A stretch of DNA of 32,000 nt from Phycisphaera mikurensis NBRC 102666 (GCF_000284115.1 NC_017080.1:2850001-2882000); one strand, 5' to 3'; counted from the first letter of the stretch, positions 6,394 through 15,564 are shown. The notes: generated from the sequence alone by a model not told the origin. Numbers and translations: made by a program.

Positions 6394-8229
6394 ATGGCTG
6401 TTCTCCTCCTCGTGGCCGGCGCGGCCTGCTGGCTGCTGCTCGCCTACTTCACGCACGGCCGCTGGCTCGCCCGCCGGGTCTTCGGCCTCGGCGGGCCCGG
6501 CGCCGGGCCGACGCCCGCGCACGCGCGCGAGGACGGGCGGGACTTCGTCCCGACGCCGCGGGGCGTCGTCTTCGGCCACCACTTCACGTCGATCGCCGCC
6601 ACCGGGCCGATCGTGGGGCCGGCGATCGCGGTGATCTGGGGCTGGGTGCCGGCGGTGGCCTGGGTGCTGCTGGGCTCGGTCTTCCTCGGGGCCGCGCACG
6701 ACCTGGGGAGCCTCGCCGTCTCGCTGAGGAGCCGGGGCCGGACGATCGGCGACGTCGCGGGCGAGGCCCTGAACCCACGCGTACGCATCCTCCTGCTCTT
6801 CGTGCTGTTCCTCGCGCTCACGATCGTCCTCGCGATCTTCGGCCTGGTCATCGCGGCGGTGTTCCGCGGCTTCCCCGCGTCGATCACGCCGGTGCTGCTG
6901 CAGGTCCCGCTGGCGGTGGGCATCGGCCTGTGGCTGCACCGGCGGGGGGTCGGGCTCGCCGCGCCCTCCGGGATCGCGCTCGCGGTGATGTTCGGCCTCG
7001 TGCTGCTCGGCGACCTCGGCCCGCTGCACGCGCTCAACGCCTGGTTCGCCTCGTGGCCGACGATCGCCTGGGTCGCCGTGCTGCTGGGCTACTGCTACGC
7101 GGCGAGCGTGCTGCCGGTGTGGGTGCTGCTGCAGCCACGCGACTACATCAACGCGCTGCAGCTGGTCGTCACGCTGGGCCTGGTCGTCGTCGGCCTGGTG
7201 GCCGCGGCCGTCTTCGGCGGCGCGGCCGTCGAGGGGGCGCGGCCGACGCTTTCGCTGGCGGCGGCCCCGGCGGTGCGGCTGGACCCGGCCGGTGCGCCGC
7301 CGATCCTCCCCTTCCTCTTCATCACGATCGCGTGCGGCGCGTGCAGCGGCTTCCACTGCCTCGTCTCCTCGGGGACGACGTCCAAGCAGCTCGACCGCGA
7401 CGCCGACGCGCAGCCGGTGGCCTACGGCGCGATGCTGCTGGAGGCCTTCCTCGCGTTGATCGTCATCGTCGCCTGCACCGCCGGGCTCGGGCTGGGCGTC
7501 CGGGCCGCCGGCGGAGGCACGCTGCTCGGGGCGGACGCGTGGGCGAGCCGGTACCCGGGGTGGAGCGAGGCCGGAGGGCTCGCCGCCATGGTCAACGCCT
7601 TCGTCGACGGTTCGGCGAACCTGCTCGGGGCGCTCGGCCTCCCGGCCGCCGCGTCGACCGCGCTCATGGGCGTCTTCGTCGCGAGCTTCGCGGCGACGAC
7701 GCTGGACTCCGCGACCCGGCTGCAGCGGTACGTGATCGTCGAGCTGGCGGCGGCGCTGCGCCCGCGGCGGGCGATCCCGGACGAGGCGCCGCGCGAAGCC
7801 GGCTGGGTGAAGCACGCCGCGACGCTCGCCGCCGTCGGCCTCGCCGCGTCGCTCGCGGCCCTTCCCGCCCCGGGCACGGCGTGGTCGTGGGCAACCGCCG
7901 GCACGGGCGGCCTGATCCTCTGGCCGCTCTTTGGTGCCGTGAATCAGCTGATGGCGGGCCTTGCGCTTCTGGTCATCGCCTTCTGGCTCCGCCGCCGAGG
8001 CGGGGCCGCGTGGGCCTTCGCGGCGCCCGCCGCCGCGATGCTCGTGCTGCCGGGCTGGGCCGTGCTTTCGCAGGCTTTCGCCGGCGAGGCCGGCGGCCGG
8101 CCCGGCTGGCTGTACGCGGACGACCCGAACCTGCCGCTGCTGGGCATCGCCGCCCTCACCGCCGCGGGCGTCGCGTGGATCGCGGTCGAGGCCGTCCGGC
8201 TGTGGCCGGGCGCCGCAGGGCGGGGCTGA
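6394..8229 (+). CDS. cstA: Carbon starvation protein A family transporter (CstA; peptide/pyruvate uptake family)
   Basis: 611-aa polytopic membrane protein. The N-terminal region ...PTPAHAREDGRDFVPTPRGVVFGHHFTSIAATGPIVGPAIAVIWGWVP matches the classic CstA signature GHHFxxIAGAGPxxGP. Confidence 0.85.
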   Translation: MAVLLLVAGAACWLLLAYFTHGRWLARRVFGLGGPGAGPTPAHAREDGRDFVPTPRGVVFGHHFTSIAATGPIVGPAIAVIWGWVPAVAWVLLGSVFLGAAHDLGSLAVSLRSRGRTIGDVAGEALNPRVRILLLFVLFLALTIVLAIFGLVIAAVFRGFPASITPVLLQVPLAVGIGLWLHRRGVGLAAPSGIALAVMFGLVLLGDLGPLHALNAWFASWPTIAWVAVLLGYCYAASVLPVWVLLQPRDYINALQLVVTLGLVVVGLVAAAVFGGAAVEGARPTLSLAAAPAVRLDPAGAPPILPFLFITIACGACSGFHCLVSSGTTSKQLDRDADAQPVAYGAMLLEAFLALIVIVACTAGLGLGVRAAGGGTLLGADAWASRYPGWSEAGGLAAMVNAFVDGSANLLGALGLPAAASTALMGVFVASFAATTLDSATRLQRYVIVELAAALRPRRAIPDEAPREAGWVKHAATLAAVGLAASLAALPAPGTAWSWATAGTGGLILWPLFGAVNQLMAGLALLVIAFWLRRRGGAAWAFAAPAAAMLVLPGWAVLSQAFAGEAGGRPGWLYADDPNLPLLGIAALTAAGVAWIAVEAVRLWPGAAGRG

Positions 8230-8366
8230 CGCTCGCGGCCCCGCCTCGCGGCGGGCGATCCCACGGCGGGCGTCCCGGATCGCGTGCAAGCTTTCGGCGC
8301 CGCCGCCGTTGCTCGGGGGTGCCGCGGCTGGGGTCGCGGCCCCTTTCCCCTCCCCCTGGAGCCGTC

Positions 8367-9149
8367 ATGCGTCGTTCCCCCCTGCTCGTCGTCCCCGCCC
8401 TGTGCTCGGCCTTCGCCGCGGCGGCCCTTTCGCCGCTGCCCGCCTCCGCCCGACCCGCCGAGCGGGCCGGTCCGGCGGAGCGGCAGGCCGCGGTGGCGGA
8501 GCGGATCCCGGCGGTGGCGGAAGCCCTGGCGGCCTGCGAGGCCGGGGCGTGGAAGTCGATCGCCTGGGAGACGGACCCCGCCGCCGCCGCCGCGGAGGCG
8601 CAAGCGCAGGGCCGGCCGCTGCTGGTCTTCGTCTACAAGACCGTCGAGGGCGAGCGCCCGGCGGCCGGCGAGCTGGAGGGAGAAGGGCTGACCTGCCTGG
8701 GCGCCCGCATCACCCGCGGCGCCGTCTTCGGCGACGCCGAGGTGCGGGCGCTGATCGCCGAGCGGTTCGTCCCGCTGCAGGTCGACGTGGCGGCGGGCGG
8801 GCTCGGCGAGGCGCTCCGGGGGCTCGCCGCCGTGGAGAGGCTGCACGAGCGATCGCGGGGGGGCACCGACCGCGGCTTCTCGGCGACGCTCGTGCTCAGC
8901 CCCGACGGCGAGCGGGTGCTGGCGACGTCCCTGCGACGCGACGCCGAGCGCGGGCAACGGCAGGCGCGGCAGGACCGGCCGCGGGCCCACGATCGGGCCG
9001 CCCGGCCGGCCGGCGGCGGCGAGCGGCGAGCGGAGGGCCGACGCGGACGCCTTCTGGAGAGGCTGGAAGCCTCCACGCCCGCCGCGTACCTCCAGCTGCT
9101 GCGGGACGCCCTGGAGGAGCGGCCGGAGCGGCGGCCACGCGAACGCTGA
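8367..9149 (+). CDS. Secreted hypothetical protein, possibly thioredoxin-like fold
   Basis: ATG 8367 is preceded by GGAG. Signal peptide MRRSPLLVVPALCSAFAAAALSPLPASA. The third-codon-position G/C bias fits this frame. The segment WETDPAAAAAEAQAQGRPLLVFVY resembles the start of thioredoxin-like domains, but no CxxC is present. The tail is Arg-rich. It is the 3' part of the artefactual track ORF 6072..9149. Confidence 0.5.
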   Translation: MRRSPLLVVPALCSAFAAAALSPLPASARPAERAGPAERQAAVAERIPAVAEALAACEAGAWKSIAWETDPAAAAAEAQAQGRPLLVFVYKTVEGERPAAGELEGEGLTCLGARITRGAVFGDAEVRALIAERFVPLQVDVAAGGLGEALRGLAAVERLHERSRGGTDRGFSATLVLSPDGERVLATSLRRDAERGQRQARQDRPRAHDRAARPAGGGERRAEGRRGRLLERLEASTPAAYLQLLRDALEERPERRPRER

Positions 9150-9173
9150 ACGTCGCGGGGCTCCGCCCGCCGC

Positions 9174-9581
9174 TCAGCCGACGGCCGGACGCACCGCGGG
9201 AACGAGCACGAAGCGTCCCTTCACCGCCTCGCGGCCGTTGACCCGGCCGGTGCCTTGAAAGGTGAAGCGGTCGCCCTCCTCGCGCTTCTTCAGGTCGACG
9301 GTCACCTCCAGCGTCTCGCCTCGGCGCACCATCGCGGCGTAGGTGACCTTCTTGACCTCCTGCACCACCAGCGGCTCGGCCTCGGCGGGCCGCAGCCCGG
9401 CCGCGTCCACCCAGGCGCTCGCGGCCTGCACGAGCCCCTCGAGCATCATCACCCCGGGGAGGATCGGGAAACCGGGGAAGTGGTCGTCGAGGAAGTCGTC
9501 CGCCTCGGTGACCGCCCGAGAGGCGGTGAGCGTGTCGCCGTCGCGGACGGCGGTGCCGGGGTCGAGCATGGGGAAGGGCAT
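9174..9581 (-). CDS. FabZ-like 3-hydroxyacyl-ACP dehydratase (hotdog fold)
   Basis: 135 aa with the canonical motif DDHFPGFPILPGVMMLEGLVQAAS and the typical hotdog length. Confidence 0.8.
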   Translation of the reverse strand: MPFPMLDPGTAVRDGDTLTASRAVTEADDFLDDHFPGFPILPGVMMLEGLVQAASAWVDAAGLRPAEAEPLVVQEVKKVTYAAMVRRGETLEVTVDLKKREEGDRFTFQGTGRVNGREAVKGRFVLVPAVRPAVG

Positions 9582-9830
9582 GGGCGCGGTCCTCTCGCCT
9601 TGAAGTCAGACCGGGATCGCCCGGACGGAAGAACCTGAGGGTACGGGCAGCAGAACAGCGGACAGGCGGAGGCCGGGGACGCGTGAACGCGGCTCCGCCG
9701 CGGCCGGGGATCGCCGAGCCGACGCTCGCCTCTCGGTCTGCCCCGGCTGCTCGGCGCCGCCACGACCGGCCCCGCCGATGCCCCGTCCCACCATTCCCGC
9801 CGCTCCGCGTGCTGAACCGATCTACCCGCG

Positions 9831-12689
9831 ATGGCCGAAACGTCCGTCTCGATCCGCCGGTCTGCGCCCCGCAAAACCACCGCGACCCGCCGGAAGCCGG
9901 CCACGCGGAGCCGAGCCAAGGCTCCGCCGAAGCTGACGGCCGCCCAGAAGCGCCACCGCGCGGCGGCCTTCCTGGCGGTGTGCTGGAGCGTGGCGGCGCT
10001 GGCCTGGGTGCTGGCGGGCCTCGCGCTGGGCAGCCACGACCCGGCGGACGCGCCCGCCCACGCGCTGGGCGTGACGAACGTCCAGCCCAACAACTGGGTG
10101 GGCGCAGCGGGCGCGGCCTTCTCGCACCGGGCGGTGCTGGTGCTCGGGCCCGGCGTGTGGGTGGCCTACGCCGCCGCGGGCCTGTGGCTGGCGGCCACGG
10201 CGGCGGGCCGCCGGCCCGATCAATCGATCCTCCGGCTCGCGGGCGTCGGGCTGATGACCGCCGCCGGCGCCGGCCTCGCCTCCGTCGGTCACGCCAGCTT
10301 CTCGGCGACCGGGCCGGTCACCCCCGAGGGCCCCGGCGGCCTGCTCGGGCTCTTCCTCCAGGACGAGCTGGTGCCGCGTTTCGCGGGGCTCGGGGCGATG
10401 CTCATCCTGGGGGTCGTGTTCTGGGTCGGCGCCGTGCTCGCGGCCGACCGCTGGGTGCTGCTGATCCCGCGGCTCGCCGGCGCCGCGCTGCTCAAGGCGC
10501 TCAACGCCTCCCGCGTCACGCTCCCGCCGGTCGCGACCGCCGCGGGCAACGCGGCGCAGACCGCCGTCGGCGCGGCCCAGGGCCTCCGCTTCCCGCGGAT
10601 CGGCGTGGACGCGGGCGACCCCGCCCCCCCGGCCCGGGCCAACGACGTCGACGACGACTTCCGCCCTTCCCCCGCGGGTGGCGACGACGGGGAGGACCCG
10701 GAGGAGGACCACGAGGAAGACGAGCCCGCGGCCCCCCGCCGCTCCCTCGCCCGCTACCTCCCCAAGCGGAAGCCCGCCGAGCCGGAGCCGGAGGACTCCG
10801 ACGAGGAGGACGTCGGCGCCCCGGCCGCCTACGTCGCCTCGAAGAAGGCGGCCGTGCCGGGGGCGCCCGCCGAGGGCGAGCCGCCCCCGCTCGACGCCGC
10901 CGCACTCAAGGCGAAGATGGCGAAGCTGCCGGTGAACTTCGCTCCGAAGATCGACGCCGCCAGCGCGGCCGCCCCGGAGCCCGGGGACGGCGCCGGCCTG
11001 GACGCGGGCGAGAACGAGCCCGTGGACCTCTCCGGCTACCGCTTCCCCGGGGTGGACCTGCTGGTCGAGCCCGAGGGCAGCTTCCGCGAGCACCTCGAGA
11101 GCTACATCCGCCGGCAGGGCGAGGCGCTGCAGAACGCGCTCAACGAGTTCGGCATCCAGGCGGAGGTCGTCAACGTCGACAGCGGCCCGGTGATCACGCT
11201 CTTCGAGATCCGCCTCGCCCCGGGCACCAAGGTCTCGCGCATCAGCGCCATCGACAGCGACGTCGCCCGGGCGCTCAAGGCCCCGAACATCCGGGTGGTC
11301 GCGAACATGGCCGGCAAGGACACAGTGGGCATCGAGGTGCCCAACGAAGAGAAGGAGCGGGTCCGCCTGCGTGAGCTGCTCACCGCGAACCCGGGGGCGC
11401 TGGAGAAGATGAAGCTGCCGATGTTCCTGGGCAAGGACGCCAGCGGGAACCCGCTGATCCAGGACCTCAACGCGATGCCGCACATGCTCATCGCCGGCAC
11501 CACCGGCTCGGGCAAGTCGGTGTGCATGAACTCGATCATCATGAGCTTCCTGCTCACCAAGAAGCCCGACGAGCTCAAGCTCGTGCTGGTCGACCCCAAG
11601 ATGGTGGAGATGTCTCAGTTCAAGAGCATCCCGCACCTGATGTGCCCGGTCGTCACGGAGATGAGCAAGGCGGCGGCCATCCTCGAGTGGGCCGTGACCA
11701 AGATGGACGAGCGCTACGAGCTGCTGGCCGAGGCCGGCGTCCGCGACATCGCCAGCTACAACGAGCTGGGGATCGAGGAGCTCATCGAGCGGATGGAGCC
11801 CGCCTCCGACGAGGAGGAGTCGAGGATCCCGCGGAAGCTGCCGTACCTGGTCTTCATCATCGACGAGCTCGCCGACCTGATGATGACCAACAAGGAGGTC
11901 GAGTCGCACATCGTGCGGATCGCCCAGAAGGCCCGCGCAGTCGGCATGCACCTGATCCTGGCGACGCAGCGTCCGTCGGCGAACGTGGTGACCGGGCTGA
12001 TCAAGTCGAACATGCCCTGCCGGGTGTGCATGAAGGTCAACAGCGGCATGGACAGCCGCATCATCCTCGACGCCAAGGGCGGCGAGCTCTTGCTCGGCCA
12101 CGGCGACATGCTCTTCGTGTCGCCGCGGAGCAGCGAGCTGGTGCGGGCCCAGGGCACGCTGGTCGACGACCACGAGATCCGCAAGTGCACGCGCTTCTTG
12201 AAGGAGATCTCCAGCCAGAGCTTCGAGCAGAGCCTCGTGCAGCTCAAGAAGGTGGACGAGGAGGAGGGCGAGGAGCAGGCCTTCGCCGACCGCGACCCGC
12301 TCTTCGACAAGGCCGTGGAGGTGGTGCTGGAGACGCAGCGCGGCTCGGTGTCGCTGCTGCAGCGGAAGCTGACGATCGGCTACGCGCGCTCGTCGCGGAT
12401 CATCGAGCAGATGGAGCGCTACGGGATCATCGGCGGGCACAAGACCGCACAAGCCCGCAAGGTCCTGGTCACGCCCGAGGAGTGGGAGGCGATGATCGAG
12501 CTGGCGCGGAAGGAAGCGGCGGGTGGCGAGAGCGCCGACGGCGTCGGGAGCGACGACGCCGAGCAGGAGGTGCCGGAGGTGGCGACGGCCGCGGGATCCT
12601 CGGATTCGGACGGCTGGGAGGAGGCCGACGAAGCGGACGAGGAGGACGGCGGCTGGAGCGACGCCGAGGCCTCCATCGACACGCGGTAG
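9831..12689 (+). CDS. ftsK: DNA translocase FtsK/SpoIIIE
   Basis: 952 aa starting at ATG 9831. N-terminal transmembrane segments, a Pro/Glu/Asp-rich linker, and a motor domain with Walker A (IAGTTGSGKS). Winged-helix gamma domain (QRGSVSLLQRKLTIGYARSSRIIEQMERYGIIG), followed by an acidic tail. Confidence 0.93.
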   Translation: MAETSVSIRRSAPRKTTATRRKPATRSRAKAPPKLTAAQKRHRAAAFLAVCWSVAALAWVLAGLALGSHDPADAPAHALGVTNVQPNNWVGAAGAAFSHRAVLVLGPGVWVAYAAAGLWLAATAAGRRPDQSILRLAGVGLMTAAGAGLASVGHASFSATGPVTPEGPGGLLGLFLQDELVPRFAGLGAMLILGVVFWVGAVLAADRWVLLIPRLAGAALLKALNASRVTLPPVATAAGNAAQTAVGAAQGLRFPRIGVDAGDPAPPARANDVDDDFRPSPAGGDDGEDPEEDHEEDEPAAPRRSLARYLPKRKPAEPEPEDSDEEDVGAPAAYVASKKAAVPGAPAEGEPPPLDAAALKAKMAKLPVNFAPKIDAASAAAPEPGDGAGLDAGENEPVDLSGYRFPGVDLLVEPEGSFREHLESYIRRQGEALQNALNEFGIQAEVVNVDSGPVITLFEIRLAPGTKVSRISAIDSDVARALKAPNIRVVANMAGKDTVGIEVPNEEKERVRLRELLTANPGALEKMKLPMFLGKDASGNPLIQDLNAMPHMLIAGTTGSGKSVCMNSIIMSFLLTKKPDELKLVLVDPKMVEMSQFKSIPHLMCPVVTEMSKAAAILEWAVTKMDERYELLAEAGVRDIASYNELGIEELIERMEPASDEEESRIPRKLPYLVFIIDELADLMMTNKEVESHIVRIAQKARAVGMHLILATQRPSANVVTGLIKSNMPCRVCMKVNSGMDSRIILDAKGGELLLGHGDMLFVSPRSSELVRAQGTLVDDHEIRKCTRFLKEISSQSFEQSLVQLKKVDEEEGEEQAFADRDPLFDKAVEVVLETQRGSVSLLQRKLTIGYARSSRIIEQMERYGIIGGHKTAQARKVLVTPEEWEAMIELARKEAAGGESADGVGSDDAEQEVPEVATAAGSSDSDGWEEADEADEEDGGWSDAEASIDTR

Positions 12690-12735
12690 CCGCGGACCGC
12701 GGGGAATTCGGGCGGTTCGGGCCCGCGGTCCGCGG
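12690..12735. repeat. 46-bp palindromic element, copy C; probable ftsK 3' stem-loop between convergent genes
   Basis: It starts on the base after the ftsK TAG (12687-12689). Arms at 12690-12699 and 12726-12735, with a 26-nt spacer. In this copy the pairing extends to 14 bp (CCGCGGACCGCGGG / CCCGCGGTCCGCGG). No U-tract follows. Confidence 0.8.
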
Positions 12736-12801
12736 AAAGCGGTCCGCGAAGTCCGGACGCGGGCCCGGGCCCGAAGCCGGGCTCGCCCTCCCCCGGGCGC
12801 G

Positions 12802-15564
12802 TCAAGGAAGCAGGATCGAGGCGTCGAAGCCCGGATCCAGGTCGTTGACGCTCTCGACGAAGACGTAGCCCGCCCGCTCGCCGCGGCCGAGCCGCGCGAG
12901 CAGGCCCTCGGGGGCGGGGTAGTTGAACTGCACGGCGAAGAGGCCGGCTTCGGGGCCGGCGGCGGCGAGGAGTTCGTCGGCCGCGGCGGCGGTGTCCGCG
13001 GCGGCGGCGCGGCCGCCGAAGGTGTCATCGGCGAGCAGGACCAGGCGGCGGGCCCCGGCGGCGACCGCGAGCTCGACGCCGGCCCGCGGATCCGCCCGGC
13101 CGAAGGGCGAGGCGAGCGCCTCCTCCATCCAGGCCACGGCGGCCCCGCGGGACGCGGCGTCGGCGGGGCGGCAGGCCGCGAAGGCGGAAGCCGCCCCGTC
13201 GTGGCCGAGGGCGACGACGTCGAAGCGGCGGCCCGGCTCCAGGCGGCCGATCGCCTCCCGCAGCCAGCGGCGGACTTGCGGCATGGAGTCGACCATGCTG
13301 CCCGAGGTGTCGACGAGGAAGGCGAGGTCGCCGCCGCCGCCGAGGGCCTCGGCAACGCCCGGCGAGACGCCCTCGGCGGGCTCCGCGGGCGGCGGGTCGG
13401 CGGCCGCGAGCATCGACGCCGGCGGCGCCGGCACCTCCATCGGCGTCGCCGCGGCGGCGGGCTCGGAGGCGGCGAGGGCGGCCGCGAGGGCGTCCGCGGC
13501 CTCCTCCGCGTCGGGCTGGGGAGAAGGAGCGGGGTCGGGGGCGGGGTCGGAGGCGGGTTCGGGGGCGGTCCCCGGGCCGGCCGCGGGCGGCGGTGCCGGC
13601 GGCGCGGGCCGGTCGCGTCCCTGCGCGGCGTTGATGACGGCCTGCAGGTCGGCCGCGCTGCCGAGGCGGGCGGCCGGTCCGGCCGTCGGCCGCGCCGGGC
13701 CCAGGGCCAGCGCCGGGCCGTTCTCAAGGGGCGAGGAGGCGGCCGGGAGCGCCGAACCTTCGGCGGAGGATCCGGGAGAATCGCCGGCGGGCGCGGCGTC
13801 CGCGAGCGCCTCGGCCACCGCGGGTCGGGGGTCCGCGGAAGGAGGCGGCGGCGCGGGACGGCGGACCCGCGGGGCCTCCGCCAGCGCGGGGGGCCCCAGC
13901 CCCGCGGCCGGCACCGGCTCCGCGGCCGGCCCGGGCGCCGCACCCGCTTCCGGCGGCGGTGAAGGTGGGGGTGGCGCCGCGGCGACCCGCGGCGTGGGGT
14001 CGGAGGCCCCCGCGCCGATAGCGCCCGTCCGCCAGGCGACGAGGCCGCCGGCCCCCAGCAGCGCCGCCCCGGCGATGCCCCCCACGAGCAGGATCACCGC
14101 CGGCGGGAGCCCGCGATCGCGGGCGAGCGGGCGCTCCTGCGTCGCCGGCCGGGCGGGCGGTGCCGCGGGCTCGGGGGACGCCTCGGGTCCGTCGGCATCG
14201 ACCGGCGGCCCGGCCTCCGGTTCCGCGAGAACCCCGCCGCCCTCCGGCACCGCCGCGTCCTCCGCAGCCTCCGCAGCCTCCGCATCCGCCGCGTCCGCCG
14301 CGTCCGCCGCGTCCGCCGCGTCCGCCGCGACCGCCGCGACCTTACCCCGGTCTTCTTCGGCGGGCGGGCCCGGCTCGTCCTCTTCGAGGGTGATGCCGAC
14401 CGCCTGGCCCGCTTCGTCACCCTCGTCCGCGTCCGCCCCGAGCAGCGCCGCGAGGCCCGCGTCCTCGGCGTCGGGCTCGGCGCCGGGCTCGGCGGGATCG
14501 GCGGGCGGATCCGCGGCAGGCCCGGGGGGCTGCGCGCCTCCGGCGGCCCCGCCACCGGGAGCGGAAACGGCGTCCTCGATCTCCCACGCCTCCAGCTCGT
14601 CCGAAGCGGAAGCCGGCGGCGCCCCGGGCCGCTGGGCGGCCGCGTCCAGCTCCTCCACGCTCTCGGGGGTGAAGGCCTCGCCGCGGGCCTCCACCGGACG
14701 CGGCTGGGCCCCGCCCGCCGCTCCGAGCGTCGCCGCGAGCCCGGCCGCCCGGCGGCCCGGCCCGGCGGAGCCCCCGGCGTCGGGCTCCTCGCCGACGTCG
14801 AAGGCGTCCTCGTCGTCGCTCAAGCCGAAGGCGTCGTCGAAGGCCGCCTCGTCGAAGCCGCCCGCCGGCACCGGCTCCGCCGGCCGCTTGCGGCGCTTGC
14901 TGTTCGCCGGGCGGTCCGCCGGCCCGCCCTCCACCACTTCACCCCAGACGTCGACGGCCGCGGGAGCTTCCGCTTCGGCCGGGGGCCCCGGATCCGCCTC
15001 GGCCTCCACCGCCTCCGCGGCTGCATCCGCCGGAGCTTCCGGGGCCTCCCCCAGCGCCCCGTCCGCACCGGCGCCCGACGGAGCGTCCGGCTTCGCCTCC
15101 ACCGCCTCCCCGCCCACGTCGGTCGCGGCAGGATCGTCCGCCAAGGGGGCGTCGGCTTGGGTGTCGCCCTCGATCCACCCCACCTGCAGCGACGTCTGGC
15201 CGACCTTGATCCGGTCGCCGGTTTTGAGCTGCTTGAGCTTGGCGATCCGCTCGCCGTTGACGTGCGTCCCGTTGCTGCTGCCCAGGTCGCGGAGCAGCCA
15301 CACGCTCCCTTTGCGGAAGATCTCCGCGTGGCTGCGGCTCATCCGCCGGTCGGCCACCTTCAGGCCCAGCGAGTTGCGACCGATCAGGCGTGGCGGGTCG
15401 CCCGACACGTCGAAGTGGGTGCCGCGCTCGTCGCCGTTCATCAGGATCAGGCGCAGCAAAGGGAGCTCCGGAGCTTCGAGGAGGGGCGAGCAGGACGCCG
15501 CGGCGGCGGACCCTTCGACGCGGCCGGCGGCCCGCGGGTTCTTCGCGGGCCGGGCCGCCGGCAC
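12802..15564 (-). CDS. FHA-domain / single-pass transmembrane / vWA-domain protein
   Basis: 920-aa ORF from GTG 15564. An alternative TTG start at 15459 has GGAG 7 nt upstream. N-terminal FHA domain (LIGRNSLGLKVADRRMSRSHAEIF...LRDLGSSNGTHVNGERI). Long Ala/Pro/Glu/Asp low-complexity linker, then one transmembrane helix (AVILLVGGIAGAALLGAGGLVAW). C-terminal vWA domain with the MIDAS motif DLAFLVDTSGSM. Confidence 0.75.
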   Translation of the reverse strand: MPAARPAKNPRAAGRVEGSAAAASCSPLLEAPELPLLRLILMNGDERGTHFDVSGDPPRLIGRNSLGLKVADRRMSRSHAEIFRKGSVWLLRDLGSSNGTHVNGERIAKLKQLKTGDRIKVGQTSLQVGWIEGDTQADAPLADDPAATDVGGEAVEAKPDAPSGAGADGALGEAPEAPADAAAEAVEAEADPGPPAEAEAPAAVDVWGEVVEGGPADRPANSKRRKRPAEPVPAGGFDEAAFDDAFGLSDDEDAFDVGEEPDAGGSAGPGRRAAGLAATLGAAGGAQPRPVEARGEAFTPESVEELDAAAQRPGAPPASASDELEAWEIEDAVSAPGGGAAGGAQPPGPAADPPADPAEPGAEPDAEDAGLAALLGADADEGDEAGQAVGITLEEDEPGPPAEEDRGKVAAVAADAADAADAADAADAEAAEAAEDAAVPEGGGVLAEPEAGPPVDADGPEASPEPAAPPARPATQERPLARDRGLPPAVILLVGGIAGAALLGAGGLVAWRTGAIGAGASDPTPRVAAAPPPPSPPPEAGAAPGPAAEPVPAAGLGPPALAEAPRVRRPAPPPPSADPRPAVAEALADAAPAGDSPGSSAEGSALPAASSPLENGPALALGPARPTAGPAARLGSAADLQAVINAAQGRDRPAPPAPPPAAGPGTAPEPASDPAPDPAPSPQPDAEEAADALAAALAASEPAAAATPMEVPAPPASMLAAADPPPAEPAEGVSPGVAEALGGGGDLAFLVDTSGSMVDSMPQVRRWLREAIGRLEPGRRFDVVALGHDGAASAFAACRPADAASRGAAVAWMEEALASPFGRADPRAGVELAVAAGARRLVLLADDTFGGRAAAADTAAAADELLAAAGPEAGLFAVQFNYPAPEGLLARLGRGERAGYVFVESVNDLDPGFDASILLP

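Noticed and set aside
9822-13943. 1373-aa minus-strand ORF, and the 899-aa plus-strand ORF at 12923..15622
   Set aside because: These are shadow ORFs antisense to ftsK and to the FHA-vWA gene respectively. They are low-complexity Pro/Arg/Ser/Ala translations, and the opposite strands carry clear Walker A / gamma-domain and FHA / vWA motifs.
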